Part shown: piece after piece, positions 50,911 through 63,163 of the stretch | Position numbering within the stretch: the stretch's first letter is position 1 | Layout: each line of letters starts with the position of its first letter | Origin: Mobula birostris | Lineage: Eukaryota | Direction: 5' to 3' | NCBI RefSeq assembly: GCF_030028105.1 | Contig: NC_092399.1 | Location: 7,254,001 to 7,318,000 of the forward strand | Length of the DNA: 64,000 bases | Position numbers and translations under genes: made by a program | The notes under the pieces: generated by a model | Databases searched by the model: none | What the model was told of the DNA's origin: nothing | What the model saw: the letters and a program-made list of their open reading frames with translations, nothing else

Positions 50911-52429
50911 TTTTACAATCTAAGAACATCATAAATTGTTTCACACCTAATATATTACACTAAAAATTATTCTTTATTCTTATGGAGAGGTTCACAGCAG
51001 TCAATATTGTAATGCAGGAAAAGTGGCAGCCAATATACACAGAGTAACATTCCACTCTTGGAAACATGACAATAAAATTAATAACCTGTTTTGGGTAATG
51101 AAACAATAAGAGTACAGAACTACAAATACAAAAGTAGAAAACCCTGAAAACACTTAACGTATCAAGCAGCATCCATGAGAAGAGAAACAGAATTGATGTT
51201 TTAAGTCAAATATCTCTCGAGTGAGAAAAGAAGTTTTTGAAGTTGGTGGGAGGTTAAGGGATGGAGAGAAGAGGGATAAAGTGCAAATAATGTCTGTGAC
51301 AAAGTGTAAACCAAAGTTCTCAAGTTAATTATCCTCCAAAAGCAGCAGATGGAGATGGCACAGGAAAATAATAAACAAATTGAGACAGATGGTTAAAGAA
51401 TTGTTAAAGTTAATATTGAATCCCAAGTGCCGCAAAATGTCCAGACAGAGGAAGAAAGATTCCTTGAGAACTTATGATTGGAGCGGTGCAGAAAGTTGAA
51501 CATAGGGAGTTTAGAGTGCAGAGAATTAAAGTGGGAGGGCATTAAAAGCTTACGTTTATCCTTGCAGACTGATGGGAAGTGTTCTTCAAAACTGTTTCAT
51601 TGATGTTGATTTTGGGAAGGGTACGATGATGAACCCCTTTTCATCTTCTCCAAATTATGCCATGGGATCTTTCAGATCTATCCCATGCAGGGACAGAGGG
51701 AAGTGTGAGAAAACATTGAAATATCTCACTCTATGTGACCCTCTTGAAGACTATCAGCTTTCCGCTGTCTACGATGATATGTTCCTGCTGAATAATTCCT
51801 TTAGAGCTATAATTTTATTAGTATATTTATAAATCAATGTAAAAACTATTCAGATTATAATGCTTGGACTCAATTGTAGGACACTACTATGCTTAAAATG
51901 AATAAAGCATCAAGGATAGTGATTTGAAAAGCCTGCGGATGACAGAAGGAAGGAAACACTAAGAAAAATAATGTCTACATATTCTGAGGAGATAGAGGCA
52001 TGCAAGGTTCCCCACCCCCATTCTAATAACTTTCTGCAGGAGCACTATTGAGTTTCCTGTCTGGCTACGTCATTGTGTGGTACCAAAGCTGCAAGATATC
52101 AGACCGCAAGACCCTACAGAGGACAGTAGAAACCACCGACAGGGTCTCCCCCTCCCCTCAATTTGTGACATTTACTGGGAGCATTGCAGATGAAAGGCCC
52201 AAGGTATTGTTGAGGATCCCTACCACCCATCTCACAATCTCTCTGACCCACTACCATCAGAAAGGAGGTACAGGAGCATCAGGACTAGGACTGTCAGACT
52301 GGGTAACAGCTCCTTCCCTCAGGCTTTGAGACTACCCTGCCACCACCAAGCTCTTTTCACTTGGACAGTGAGCTGTTGCTGTTGACCTGTGCTGCATACA
52401 TTTTGAATTATATGTTAGACTATTAACTA

Positions 52430-53200
52430 TTAGACCACAGACTAAAAGGGATGGGAGCAGAATGAGGTCATTTGATCCATTAAGTCTCTTCAGCCAGTTC
52501 ATCATGGCTGATCCATTTTTCCTCTCCACCCTTCTGCTTTCTCCTGGTAACATTTCATGCCCTGACTAATCAAAATCCTATCAAATTCTGCCTTAAGTAC
52601 ACCGATTGACCTGGCCTACACAGCCTCCTCTGGCAATTAGATTCAATAGACTTACCAACCCCAGGCTAAAGAAATACCTCTTCATCTCCATTCTAAATGG
52701 ACATCCCTCAATTCTGAGGCTGTGCACTCTGGTCCTAGACTCACAAATCACAGGAAGTATCCTCTCCATATCCATTCTATCTAGGCCTTTCAACATTCAA
52801 CAGCTTTCAATGAGATGCCCCCTCATTCTTCTAAATTCCAGCAAGCACAGGCCCAGAGCTATCAAACACTCCTCAAACAATAAGCCTTTCATTCGAGGAA
52901 TCATTTCATGAATTTCCAATGCCAGCACATCCTTTCTCAGATAAGGGGCCCAAAACTGCTCACAATACTTCAAGTGAGGCCTCAGCATTACATCCTTGGT
53001 TTTACATTCTCATCCTCTCAAAATGAACGCTAACGTTGCATTTGCACTCCTCACCACCGACTCGTCCTGCACAATAACCTTTAAGAAAATCCTGCGCAGG
53101 ATTCCCAAGTCCCTTTGCACCTCGGATTTTTAAATTATCTGCCCGTTTCAAAAATAGTCTGAGCTTTTGTTCCTTCGACCAAAGTGCATGACCATACTTA
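52430..53200 (-). mobile_element. Degenerate CR1 3' fragment
   Basis: LRPHLKYCEQFWAPYLRKD, LKGLDRMDMER-SRTRVHSLRIEG, CR1-type 3' UTR. Confidence 0.8.
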
Positions 53201-53339
53201 TCAATAGAAATATTTTGGTTTCTGTGCAGTGTGTGTTATATGTTTTGTGGGAGCACCGTGGTCTGGAGGGATATTGTTTTGTTTGGTTGTATAGATGTAC
53301 AGTCATATGACAATAAACTTAAACTTGACTCCAATCCTG

Positions 53340-53676
53340 TCCAGAATTGCACAGTAGTGCAAAGGACTTACAGGCCAGTAATACTATGCTACGCACCTAG
53401 TTAGAAGAGACATGATGAACTCGGGCGCTGCACCGTGTGCCTGGACCTGCCCAAGGCCTCCACCTAAGGAAGGGCCGAGCTTGAAGAAGCGGCCGCGGCT
53501 GGAGGCCGACACGGCCTCGGGCTCGAGTTCGACAGGGGCGGCGGCGGGCGGTGCCAAGGCGGCCAGCAAGAACAAACTGGAGGAGAGGCTGTACTCGGTG
53601 CTGTCGCAAGATCAAAGAAGATGGAGGTACATAGCTGCCAACCCCAGATTTGGGACGGCACCCACTGACTGACTGA
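53340..53676 (+). mobile_element. Probable RTE-type LINE 3' remnant hosting the CYHR1 insert
   Basis: With the insert removed it reads roughly RDMMNS-AQDQRRWRYIAANPRFGTAP, resembling the RTE AQDRxxWR terminus, followed by an actgactgactga tail. Confidence 0.55.
53427..53604 (+). pseudogene. Circularly permuted 178-bp fragment of the CYHR1/ZFTRAF1 5' coding region
   Basis: 53429-53461 encodes [11 protein letters not shown] and 53463-53603 encodes [24 protein letters not shown]. Native order as recalled is [25 protein letters not shown]. Joining 53604 to 53427 restores CTG TGC TGC ACC exactly. Confidence 0.85.
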
Positions 53677-55459
53677 ATACACTATTTGCTGAAAATGACC
53701 CATGTCAGTGTTAATACTCTACACGAGCCATCAAGCATCAATGTTTGACGTAAATGTTATTACCAGAGGACATATATATCACCATATACAACCTTGAGAT
53801 CCATCTTTTTGTGGGCATACACAATAAATACAAGGAAACACAATAGATTCAATTGAAAAACTACACACGAGAAGACAAAAACCAATGTGCAAATATATAA
53901 AGACAAAGTAATAATAACAGATAAATAAGTAATAAATAATATTGAGAACATAAGTTGTCGAGTCCTTGAAAGTGAGTCCATAGGTTGTAGAATCAGTTCA
54001 GTGTTGAGGAGAGTGAGGTTATTCACACTGGTTCAAGAGCCTGATGGTTGTAGGGCAATAATTGTTCCTGAACCTGGTGGTGTGGGACCTACAGCTCCTG
54101 TACCTCCTCCCTGACGGCAGCCGCGAGTATAGTCTGTATCGTGGGGGTCCGTCATGGATGTCGCTTTCCTGTGACAGTGCTCCTTGTAGATGTGCTCAAT
54201 GGTGGGGAGGGCTTTGCCTGTGATGCGCCCTATAGACTACTTTTTGTAGACTTTTCCATTTAAGGGCATTGATTTGCTATATCAGGCCATGATGCATCTA
54301 TAGAAGTTTTAGGTGACATCCCAAATCTCCACAAACTTCTAAAAAGGTAGAGACACTCCATTTCTTCTTTGTAATGGCACTTCCTGTACTTGCTGGATGC
54401 AGAGAAGATCCTTTGAAATGATAATTAATTAATCAGGACAAGTCAGGATGAAGGGTCTTGGCCTGAAACATCGACTGTACCTCTTCCTAGAGATGCTGCC
54501 TGGCCTGCTGAGTTCACCAGCAACTTTGATGTGCGTTGCTTGAATTTCCATCATCTGCAGATCTCCTTGTGTTTGTGATAATTAATTGACTTTATTTCTT
54601 ACATCCTTCACATACATGAGTAAAATCTTTATGTTATGTCTCCATCTGAATGTGCAATGTGCAAATTATAGTAATGTGTAATAAATTTTATGTACGGTAA
54701 GATATATAACATAACAGTCAATATAGCTTAGAAATACAATTGTGTCAGTGTGAATTGATCAGTCTGATGGTCCAGTTGAAGAAGCTGTCCTGGAGCCTGT
54801 TGGTCCTGGCTTTAACGCTGTGGTACCGTTTCCTAGATGGTAAGCAGCTGGAACAGTTTATGGTTGGGGTGACTTGGCTCCCCAATGATCCTTTGGGCCT
54901 TTTTATGCAGTGGATGCAAGGGCTACTGGAATGATAGACTTTGAGGCAGGTTACCCTGTTCTTCTTTGGCACTAGTATGACTGAAGCCCGCTAGACTGCT
55001 GAAGTGAGCAGTTAAAGATATCGGTCAACACTCCAGCCAGTTGCTAAGCACTGGTCTTCAGTACTTGGCCAGGTACCCTGTAGGGCCAGATGCCTCCTGA
55101 ATACTCCCATGTTGGACACAGAGACTGAGATCACTGGGTTGCTGGGAGCTGTGGGAGCCTGTGAATATGCCTCTATGGTCAGAACTTGGGGTAAGCTGTT
55201 TCTTCTTGCTAATTGTGGCAATCCACAAGGTTCACAAATTCCAAGCCTATGCAGACCTCAACTATTCCCCATCCCATCACAAAAACCAAAGCCCACCATG
55301 TGGATTGTCCTCATTCCCAATAGTCCCTCCCTAGTATGTTGATGAATCCTTGTACATCCGCAATGCAGACAGATCTATTTTTGCCTCCCTTAGTAATAGC
55401 AAGGGGGTGGCATTTGTCTGGAAGGCTAAATTTATACTTCCAGGGCAAGATCCTCAAAA

Positions 55460-56370
55460 GTGCTGATGATCTTGTGGTCCTTGGAAGTGATTACATGGGT
55501 TAAGAATGCATATGGCGTACTTGCCTTCATTAGTTGAGGTGTTGAGTTCAAAGGTCAGGAAGTTAGGTTGTATCTTTATAAAACCCTAGGTCGCATCTGG
55601 AGTATTGCATACAATTCTGGTCACCCACGGCTGCATGGTAGCGTGGTGGTTAGCACGATGCTTTACAGTACAGTTTGATTCCCACCCCTGCTTCTAAGGG
55701 GTTTGTATGTTCTCCCTGTGACCGCCAAGGTTTCCTCCGGGTGCTCCAGTTTCCTCCCACAGTCCAAAGACGAAAAGACGAACTGGTTGGTAGGTTAACT
55801 AGTCATTGCAAATTGTCCTGTGACTAGTCTAGGGTTAAATCAGCGGTGGGGGGGGAGCTGCTGGACAGCTGGAAGGGCCTATTGAGACTTTGGAGAGGGT
55901 CTTGAAGGGGTTTAGCAGGACGTTGCCTGGATTAGAGGGCATGTGCTATAACAAGAGGTTGGACAAACTAGGGTTGTTTTCTCTGGAGTGGTGGAAGCTG
56001 AGGGGAGATCTGATAGAGGTTTATCTGGGTATGAGAGGCATTGATAAGGTAGACAGACAATATATTTTTCCAATATCTCGTACCAGAGGGCATGCACTTG
56101 AGGTGAAAGGGGGGAATTTCAAAGGAGATGTGAGGGTCAAGTTTTTTTTTAAAACACAGAGTGGTGGGTCTCTGGAATGTGCTGCCTGGGGTGGTGGTAG
56201 AGGCAGAAACATTAGAGACTTTAATGTAGGCTCATGAACATGTGGGAAATGGAAAGCTACTGACATTGTGTAGGTAGAAGAGATTAGTTAGCCATTTGAT
56301 TACTGATTTAATTGGCTTGGCACAACATTGTGGGCTGCAGGGCCTTTTTCTGTGCTGTGCTGCTCTATGA
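55460..56370 (+). mobile_element. CR1 3' fragment with a nested V-SINE (55627-55885)
   Basis: HLEYCIQFWSP precedes the SINE; ERVLKGFSRTLPGLEG-RLDKLGLFSLE-RGDLIEVY resumes after it. Confidence 0.78.
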
Positions 56371-56839
56371 TTAAAAAAAAGAAAACCATAAGATGGAAAA
56401 TGCTGGACAACCTAAGCAAATGACCAACGCCTTACTGTTACTACCTCATTCTACAGACCTAGAAGCTGGAACAGTTTGCGTTGGGCTATTTCAACCAATC
56501 CTTTTCACAGTTACCCCCTTCCCCTCGCCTTCTCTCGTGTTGTACTGTAAATTAAACAGTTCTCTCCTCCCCGGCCTGACGAAGGTTCACACCTCCGAAT
56601 CGTTGACTGTTCGCCTTTCTGCAAACGCTAATCGACCTGCTCAGCTTCCCAGCATTTTCTGCTTCCATTTCAATCCATTAAGTTTATCTGCACACTGCCC
56701 GTGTTCTTAACCTACCTGCAAATATATTATTTTTTTAATCTGTTCTAAGTTCACCGCAGTCACCTATTCCGGTGATTGCAGTTCTGTCTATTTAATACTT
56801 TCTCGTGGTTATATCACGAGTTTCGGGGTCACTGCATCA

Positions 56840-57163
56840 CTTGGCGTGACCCGGCCTGTGCCTTCCTCCCCATTTCCATCCACGTTCTCAGGTGAAAATG
56901 AATCCCGGTCCGTGTGTGGGAAAGATTCCCGGCCGGGCTCTCGGATCCCCTTCCCGAATGTTCCAGTTTCCATGGCGACATCCCAAACACTCGCACTCTA
57001 TTGGTCCGGCGGCCGCGGTCTGGCCCAGCTGGTATGGCAATTGGTCGACGGGCCCGTCCGTCAGTCGCGGTAGCACTTCCGGGTGAGCGACTCCGGGCCT
57101 GCGGCTTGCGGCTGAGTCTAAGCGAGAAGGGAGCCCGATTTTTTTTCTCCCCACCGCGACACC
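56840..57163 (+). promoter_or_regulatory. NUDC CpG-island promoter and 5' UTR
   Basis: CpG-rich. X-box GTTTCCATGGCGAC at 56966-56979, two inverted CCAAT boxes (ATTGG at about 57000 and 57040), ETS-type ACTTCCGG at about 57075. Confidence 0.7.
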
Positions 57164-57244
57164 ATGGGGGACTCGGCCGCCGAGGATCGTTTTGATGGCA
57201 TTCTCCTCGCCATGGCCCAGCAGCACGAAGACGGCGTGCACCAG
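57164..57244 (+). CDS. NUDC: Nuclear distribution protein C, exon 1
   Basis: accATGg Kozak context. MGDSAAEDRFDGILLAMAQQHEDGVHQ|gtatga, 81 nt. Confidence 0.95.
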
Positions 57245-57787
57245 GTATGAGGGAAGGAGGCGACGCTGGGCGAGTGGAGTCCCTCTCCCCCGGCTCAGAT
57301 CACACGGGTCTCCCCCGGCGCGCACACACACCGCGCCGCGCCCCCGGTAAACCTGCTGCGAGGAAAGGCACCGACTTTATATCTCTCTCCCCGGCAGCAT
57401 GGTCCTTCCCTTGAATGCACCATGTCTCTTCCGCTCAATCCGCCCCAGCACGTGGAGAGATTTCCTCCCCCCGCCTCTGGACAATTTGCTGATGGGTCCC
57501 TTCTCTACCTGTCCCCGGGGATCAGCTGTCGGCCCGGAGAGTGGCTCTGAATGTACCCCCTGCATCTGATTAACCACCAAAGTATTCTCGCCCATTTCTT
57601 CCGAGTGCCCCCCTCCCTCCCGGGTGGTCAGTGCCGGTGTTTGCTCTGGTCACGTCCACACATTCCATGCCATCCACAGTCTTTATTCTATCACATCAAG
57701 TGCACAATCCAGCCCTCTGGCCACGCCAGATAATGTTATCCCTCAAACATGAGGAATTCTGCAGATGCTGGAATTTCAAGCAACACA

Positions 57788-57931
57788 CATCAAAGTTGCT
57801 GGTGAACGCAGCAGGCCAGGCAGCATCTGTAGGAAGAGGTACAGTCGACGTTTCAGACCGAGACCCTTCATCGACTGTACCTTTTCCTAGAGATGCTGCC
57901 TGGCCTGCTGCGTTCACCAGCAACTTTGATG
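57788..57931. repeat. 61-bp inverted repeat of a Penelope-type UTR with a 22-nt spacer
   Basis: 57788-57848 versus 57871-57931, two mismatches. Confidence 0.9.
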
Positions 57932-58563
57932 GTGTTATCCCTGTAGGGATTGATTGCCTGTTTCGTGTCTCCTGGAAAGCTCCCTTACTCCTTCCAGACT
58001 TGTTGGACCCTTCCCCAAAGTGCAGAAAGATCCACTAGGGCAGGTTTTAACCAAGCTCTCATGACATTAACCGAAGGGTCTGTTGGGAACCCCTGCGTTA
58101 GAGCTTTCCCTCTTTGTCTGCAGTTAAACCTGCCCCTGACCTTGCTTGTCAGCAGATATCCTTTGAATCGACTTTCCTTTCAACGTGTGTAAATTGCCTT
58201 TCGCTCTAGTAGATCTCATCTCAGTTCTTTTGATGCCAGTGTGGAGCCTGGCGTGGCCCACCTGGGCTGGCACGGGCAATCAGCTCAAAGACTCATCAGA
58301 GTCACATGGATGAAAGGAAAAATCTTGAAGGCTGTTGTGGAGAGAAGTGTTCGATTGGTCTTGGAGTAGGTTAGGAGGCCAGCACGACATCATGGGCTGA
58401 GGGGCCTGTGCTATGTTTAGTATTCAGCATCTTTGTGCACACAGTAAGGCTCTACATTGGTTGGGGTTGACCATGGACGTTGAGTCCTAGCTGACTGTGT
58501 GGAAGTTGATAGACAAGCCACTATGCAAATTGGGGAAGTACAATACAGAGAGCAAGCTGTTGT

Positions 58564-58700
58564 CCATGCAGCAAGCTCCCCTCCCCCATGCAGCAAGCTC
58601 CCCCCTCCCCATGCAGCAAGCCCCCCCCATGCAGCAAGCCCCCCCTCCATGCAGCAAGCGCCCCCCCCTCCATGCAGCAAGCTCCCCCCCTCCATGCAGC
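58564..58700. repeat. Minisatellite, unit CCATGCAGCAAGC plus C-tract (18-23 bp), six full units and one partial
   Basis: CCATGCAGC recurs at about 58564, 58586, 58609, 58627, 58647, 58670 and 58692. Confidence 0.9.
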
Positions 58701-59619
58701 TAATGAATCCAGTGGAACGGCAGAGACCGATACAGTTTGGCACCAGTGCCACAGGAGTTGCCAGTCAGCCTTCATCTCAACGTGGGACTCCTCCGGATTT
58801 TTCCTCAGGGTTTACTCCCAAAGCCTTCTCCATGAATCGGTATAGCCGCAAGGCAGTAGAGGTTTGAGATCAGAGTTTTTCTTCTAGATGAGCTGCCAAC
58901 CACGGCTGAAGAGCCCCATCTGTCCAATGCACACAATAATTGTTTACCTTGCTTGTATACAACCTCAATAAACTGTGCTGAATGCGACCATTGACAGGCT
59001 AGAATGTGTAGTGACTGTAACCTTTCCTAGACCTGCCAACTATTGGAAGAAACACGTTGATTTGGTGCCTATTATGACACCAAGCCATCCCAATGTTCTT
59101 TAAAATCATTCTTTTAATATTGGAAATGAATGTGCAGTAAAATCGCACCATCAGCAAAGTGATAATTGAATAATTAGTTTTATAGTTCTTTGTTCGTTCA
59201 TTTTGTGCCATGTCGTATGATGCGGGTGATCATGATCTTTCCATGACCATGATTGTTCTTGGCAAATTTTTCTACAGAAGTGGTTTGCCATTGTCTTCTT
59301 CTAGGCAGTGTCTTTTCAAGATGGATGACCCCCAGCCATTATCAATACTCTTCAGAAATTGTCTACCTGGTGTCAGTGGTCACATAACCAGGACTTTGGA
59401 TATGCACCAGCTGTCCATACGACCATCCGTCACCTGCGTCCATGGCTCCCCATATGATCCTGATCGGCAGGTGCTACGTCGTGCCCAAGGGCGACCTGCA
59501 GGTTAGCAGAGGGAAGGAGCGACTTGCACCTCCTTTGGTAGAGATGCATCTCCACTCTGCCACCCATTATAGCTCTTAACTCTAATTTGTGGTAGTGTAA
59601 TAGAGCTTTGACTAGCGGC

Positions 59620-61835
59620 CAGTTGGCATTTTGGATTGATTAGTAAGAGCAAGTTAAAGGCAGGCAGGGGCAAGTGCAGTGGCTGTCATCTGAGTGGACA
59701 TCGAGTGGTGATCTTAAGGCTTTAGCTCTTTGAGGCTTCACTCAGAGAAAGCAGAGGAAAGAAAAGCTCAAGTTTTTTTACTTCCCTTCTTTATATCTGC
59801 TTAGCTAGGACAGTAGAGATGTCAGGCAGGATCGTGCAATGCTCCGCTTGTGGGATGTGGGCATGCAGCGAGACCTCCAGTGTCCTGGATGACTACAACT
59901 GCGAGAAGTGTATCCAGCTGCAGTTTCTAAGGAACCCTGTTAAGGAGTTGGAACTGGAACTGGATGAACTCCAAATCATTCGGGAGGCTGAAGGGGTGAC
60001 CCAAGGTGCAGGACACAGGAAACTAGGTGACAGTCAGGAAGGGGAAAGGGGTTAAGGAGAGAGTGCAGAGCACCCCTGTGGCCAGCCCTCTCAGGTATAT
60101 CACTTTGGATACTGTCGGTGGTGGGGGGTGACCTAACAGACGAAATTCACAGTGGTCTGGTCTCTGGCACTGAGTTTGCCTCTGTGACTCAGGGAAGGGG
60201 GATAGAAGAGACACACTGTGGCGATATGGGATCCGTTAGTTAGGGGAACGGACAGACGGTTCTGTGGGCGAGAACGAAATTCCTGGATGGTATGTTGCCT
60301 TCTGGGTGCCAGTGTCCAGGATATCTCGGATCGAGTCCTCAGCATTTTTAAGTGGAAGGGTGAACAGTCAGAAGTCGTGGTCCGTGTAGGTATCTATGGC
60401 ATGGATAGGATGAGTGACGAGGTTCTGCATAGGGAATTAGGTGCTAAGTTAAAGGGCAGGACCTCCAGGGTTGTGATCTCAGGACTGCCACCCGTGCTAT
60501 GTGCTAGTGAGGCCAGAACTAGGAAGATTGTACCGTTTAATTTGTGGTGTAAGAGGCAGGGCACAAGATACTTGAATCCAGGGAATGTGGGATCCGTACA
60601 GAAGGGGCGGTTTGCACCTGAACTGGAGAGGGGCTAATATCCTTGCAGGAAGGTTTGTTAATGCTGCCTGGTGGGGTATAAACTATAGTTGCCGGGAGAT
60701 GGGAACCAGAGAGCCAAAACAGTGGAGAGATTGTTGGTATATGGGATAAGGTAGCTGAACTGCTGATTAGCAGTTATGTTGTTGCAGACATCACAAAATC
60801 ATGGCTGAAAGATTATAGCTGGGAGCTTAATGTTCAAGGATACACATTGTATCAAAAGAATAGGCAGGAAGGCAGAGGGTGGCGTTGCTCTGTTGGTAAA
60901 AAATTAAATCAAGTCATTAGAAAGAGGTGAAGTAGGGTTGGAAAGTGTTGAATCATTGTGGATAGAGCTAAGGATCTGCAAGGGTAAAAAGACCCTGATG
61001 GGAGTTGTATACACACCCCCAAACAGTAGTAAGGATGTGGCCTACAAATTACAACGGGAGATAGAAAGTATAGAAAATGCATGCTGAAAGGGCAATGTTA
61101 CCATAGTCAGTCATTATGCAGGTTGATTGGGAAAATCAGGTTGGTGCTGGATTTCAGGACAGGGAATTTCCAGAGTGCCTATGAGATGGCTTTTTAGAGC
61201 AGTTTGTGGTTGAGCCTACTAGAGGATCAACTATTCTGGATTGGGTGTTGTGCAACGAACCAGAATTAATTAGAGAGCTTAAGGGAAAAGAACCCTTGGG
61301 GACAAGTGATCATAATATCAAATTCACGCTGAAATTTGAGAAGGAGAGGCTAAAGTCAGATGTATCAGTACTACAGTGGAGTAAAGAGAATTACAGAGGC
61401 ATGAGAGAGGAGCTGGCCAGAATTGATTGGAAAAGAACACTGACAGGATGACGCCAGAACAGTAACCTATCAAATGGTGAAAGGCCTTGATAGAGTGGAT
61501 GTGAAAAGGATGTTTCCTATGGTGGGAGAGCCTAAGACCAGAGGACACTGCCTCAGAATAAAGGGGTCTCCTTTTAGAATGGAGATGAGGAGGAATTTCT
61601 TTAGCCAGAGAATGGTAAATCTGTGGAATTCTTTGCCACAGGCAGCCGTGGAGGCCAAGTCTTTGTGTATTTAGGACAGAGTTTGATAGAATTTTGATTG
61701 GTCAGGGCATGAAAGGATACTGGGAGAAGGCAGGAGATTGGGGCTGAGAGGAAAATTGGATCAGCCCTGGTGAAATGGTGAGCATACACAATGGGCCGAA
61801 TGGCCTAATTCTGCTCCTATATCTCATGGTCTTGT
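59620..61835 (+). mobile_element. Degenerate, internally deleted CR1 with ORF1 (zinc finger, coiled coil, SGNH-esterase-like) in NUDC intron 1
   Basis: QCSACGMW-NCEKCIQLQ-ELELELDEL; DPLVRGTDRRFCG-VCCLLGASVQD; APE remnants (EPTRGSTILDWVL, SDHN) joined near 61470 directly to the ORF2 C-terminus and 3' UTR. Confidence 0.82.
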
Positions 61836-62648
61836 GGTGTTAATGGTGAAATAAGTATCGGCAAGGACATTGGAGAACACCTCAGCTCTTGTTTGAAAAT
61901 GTGGAAAGTACTTTTTCATCCCCTAAGAGGGCAGAAAGGCCCTCATTTTTATATCTCACCTGCTCTGGGCAGCAGGCCTTTAAACTCCGGCAACAAGAAT
62001 GTAGATTTTCACCACTTGTCTCAGGATTGAAGCTTTGAACCGAAGACTTCTCCACTCACTCTAGTGAATCCTCTGGCACATGGGATGCCCTTTGGTATGC
62101 TAGTCTTTCAGTCCACCTGGCCTGAGCTGCTCTGCATTATCTCTTTGTCCAGCAGCCGCATCCTTGTTGAGCGGTGGTTTAACTGCTAGTAATGTCGGAA
62201 TGGATGTTGAATGGGCTGAATGAAATACTTGGTGTTAGATCTGGTCTACTAGCAGAGACTGAAATCTAACACTTCACCATGCTCTTCACTGGCCAGTAGC
62301 AAGCTGTTTTTTTTAAAAACTACAAATATAATCAGTGTCAAATATTCTATTCTATTTAGAAACGTAGCCTGGAGGAGGCCCTTCTGCCCTTCAAGCTATG
62401 TTGCTCAGCAATCCCCAATTCAACCCTAATTTATGTTTACCAATAGACCTACTAACCGATACAGCTTTGGACTGTGGGTGGAAACTGGAGCACCTGGAGA
62501 ATACCCAAGCATGCATTCCGCTGGGAGGACGTACAGAAACTCCTTACAGATGTTGTCGCAATTGAACTCCAATGCCCCGAGCTGTAATAGCGTTGCATTA
62601 ATCATTGTTATTTTTCATTTGGAGTATATTTTCAATTTTGATGTGATA

Positions 62649-63071
62649 CTATACTGTGCAAAATTCTTAGGCACATAGGTTTTTTTTTAATATAAGGTTT
62701 TCAGACGGCGTGGCCTCCACAGAGCACTGATCCCAACGTCATCAAGGGTGTCTGGGATTACCTGGAGAGACAGAAGCAAGTGAGACAGCTGAAGGCCGCA
62801 GAAGAACTGCGGCAAGTTCTCCAAGCTGCTTGCAACAACCTACCAGCCGATTTTCTTACAAAACTGCGCAACGGTGCACCGAAGAGAATTGATGCAGTTT
62901 TAAGGGCCTGGGGTGGTCAGACCAAATATTGATTTGATTTAGTTTATTACTGTTTACTGCTCTTAAAGTAAACTTTTTGATATTTAGAAACTATACATTT
63001 CATTATTTTGAAAGCATCTTCACTTTACAAATTTTTTTGTTACATGTAATTCGGACTTTTGCACAGCACTG
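62649..63071 (+). mobile_element. Short non-autonomous Tc1-like element
   Basis: Ends ctatactgtgcaaaa and ttttgcacagcactg, TA on both sides. Internal WPPQSTDPNVIKGVWDYLERQK resembles Tc1 WPSQSPDLNPIENLW. Confidence 0.8.
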
Positions 63072-63163
63072 TATGTATTTTAAGTGAGATTATTTATTTG
63101 GTGGGTTCTGGGAAACCACGACTAGTTAAATGAATAAAAAGGACTTTGCTTTTATTCTTCCAG

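Noticed and set aside
53427-53604. Interpretation as a true CYHR1 exon, processed pseudogene or back-spliced circRNA retrocopy
   Set aside because: No splice sites at its ends, I found no other CYHR1 exons in the window, there is no poly(A), and the permutation junction is mid-coding rather than at an exon boundary.
58564-58700. CRISPR-like repeat-spacer appearance and the QQAPP/HAASP ORFs
   Set aside because: The spacers are only C-tracts, the context is eukaryotic, and the ORFs are translations of a minisatellite.
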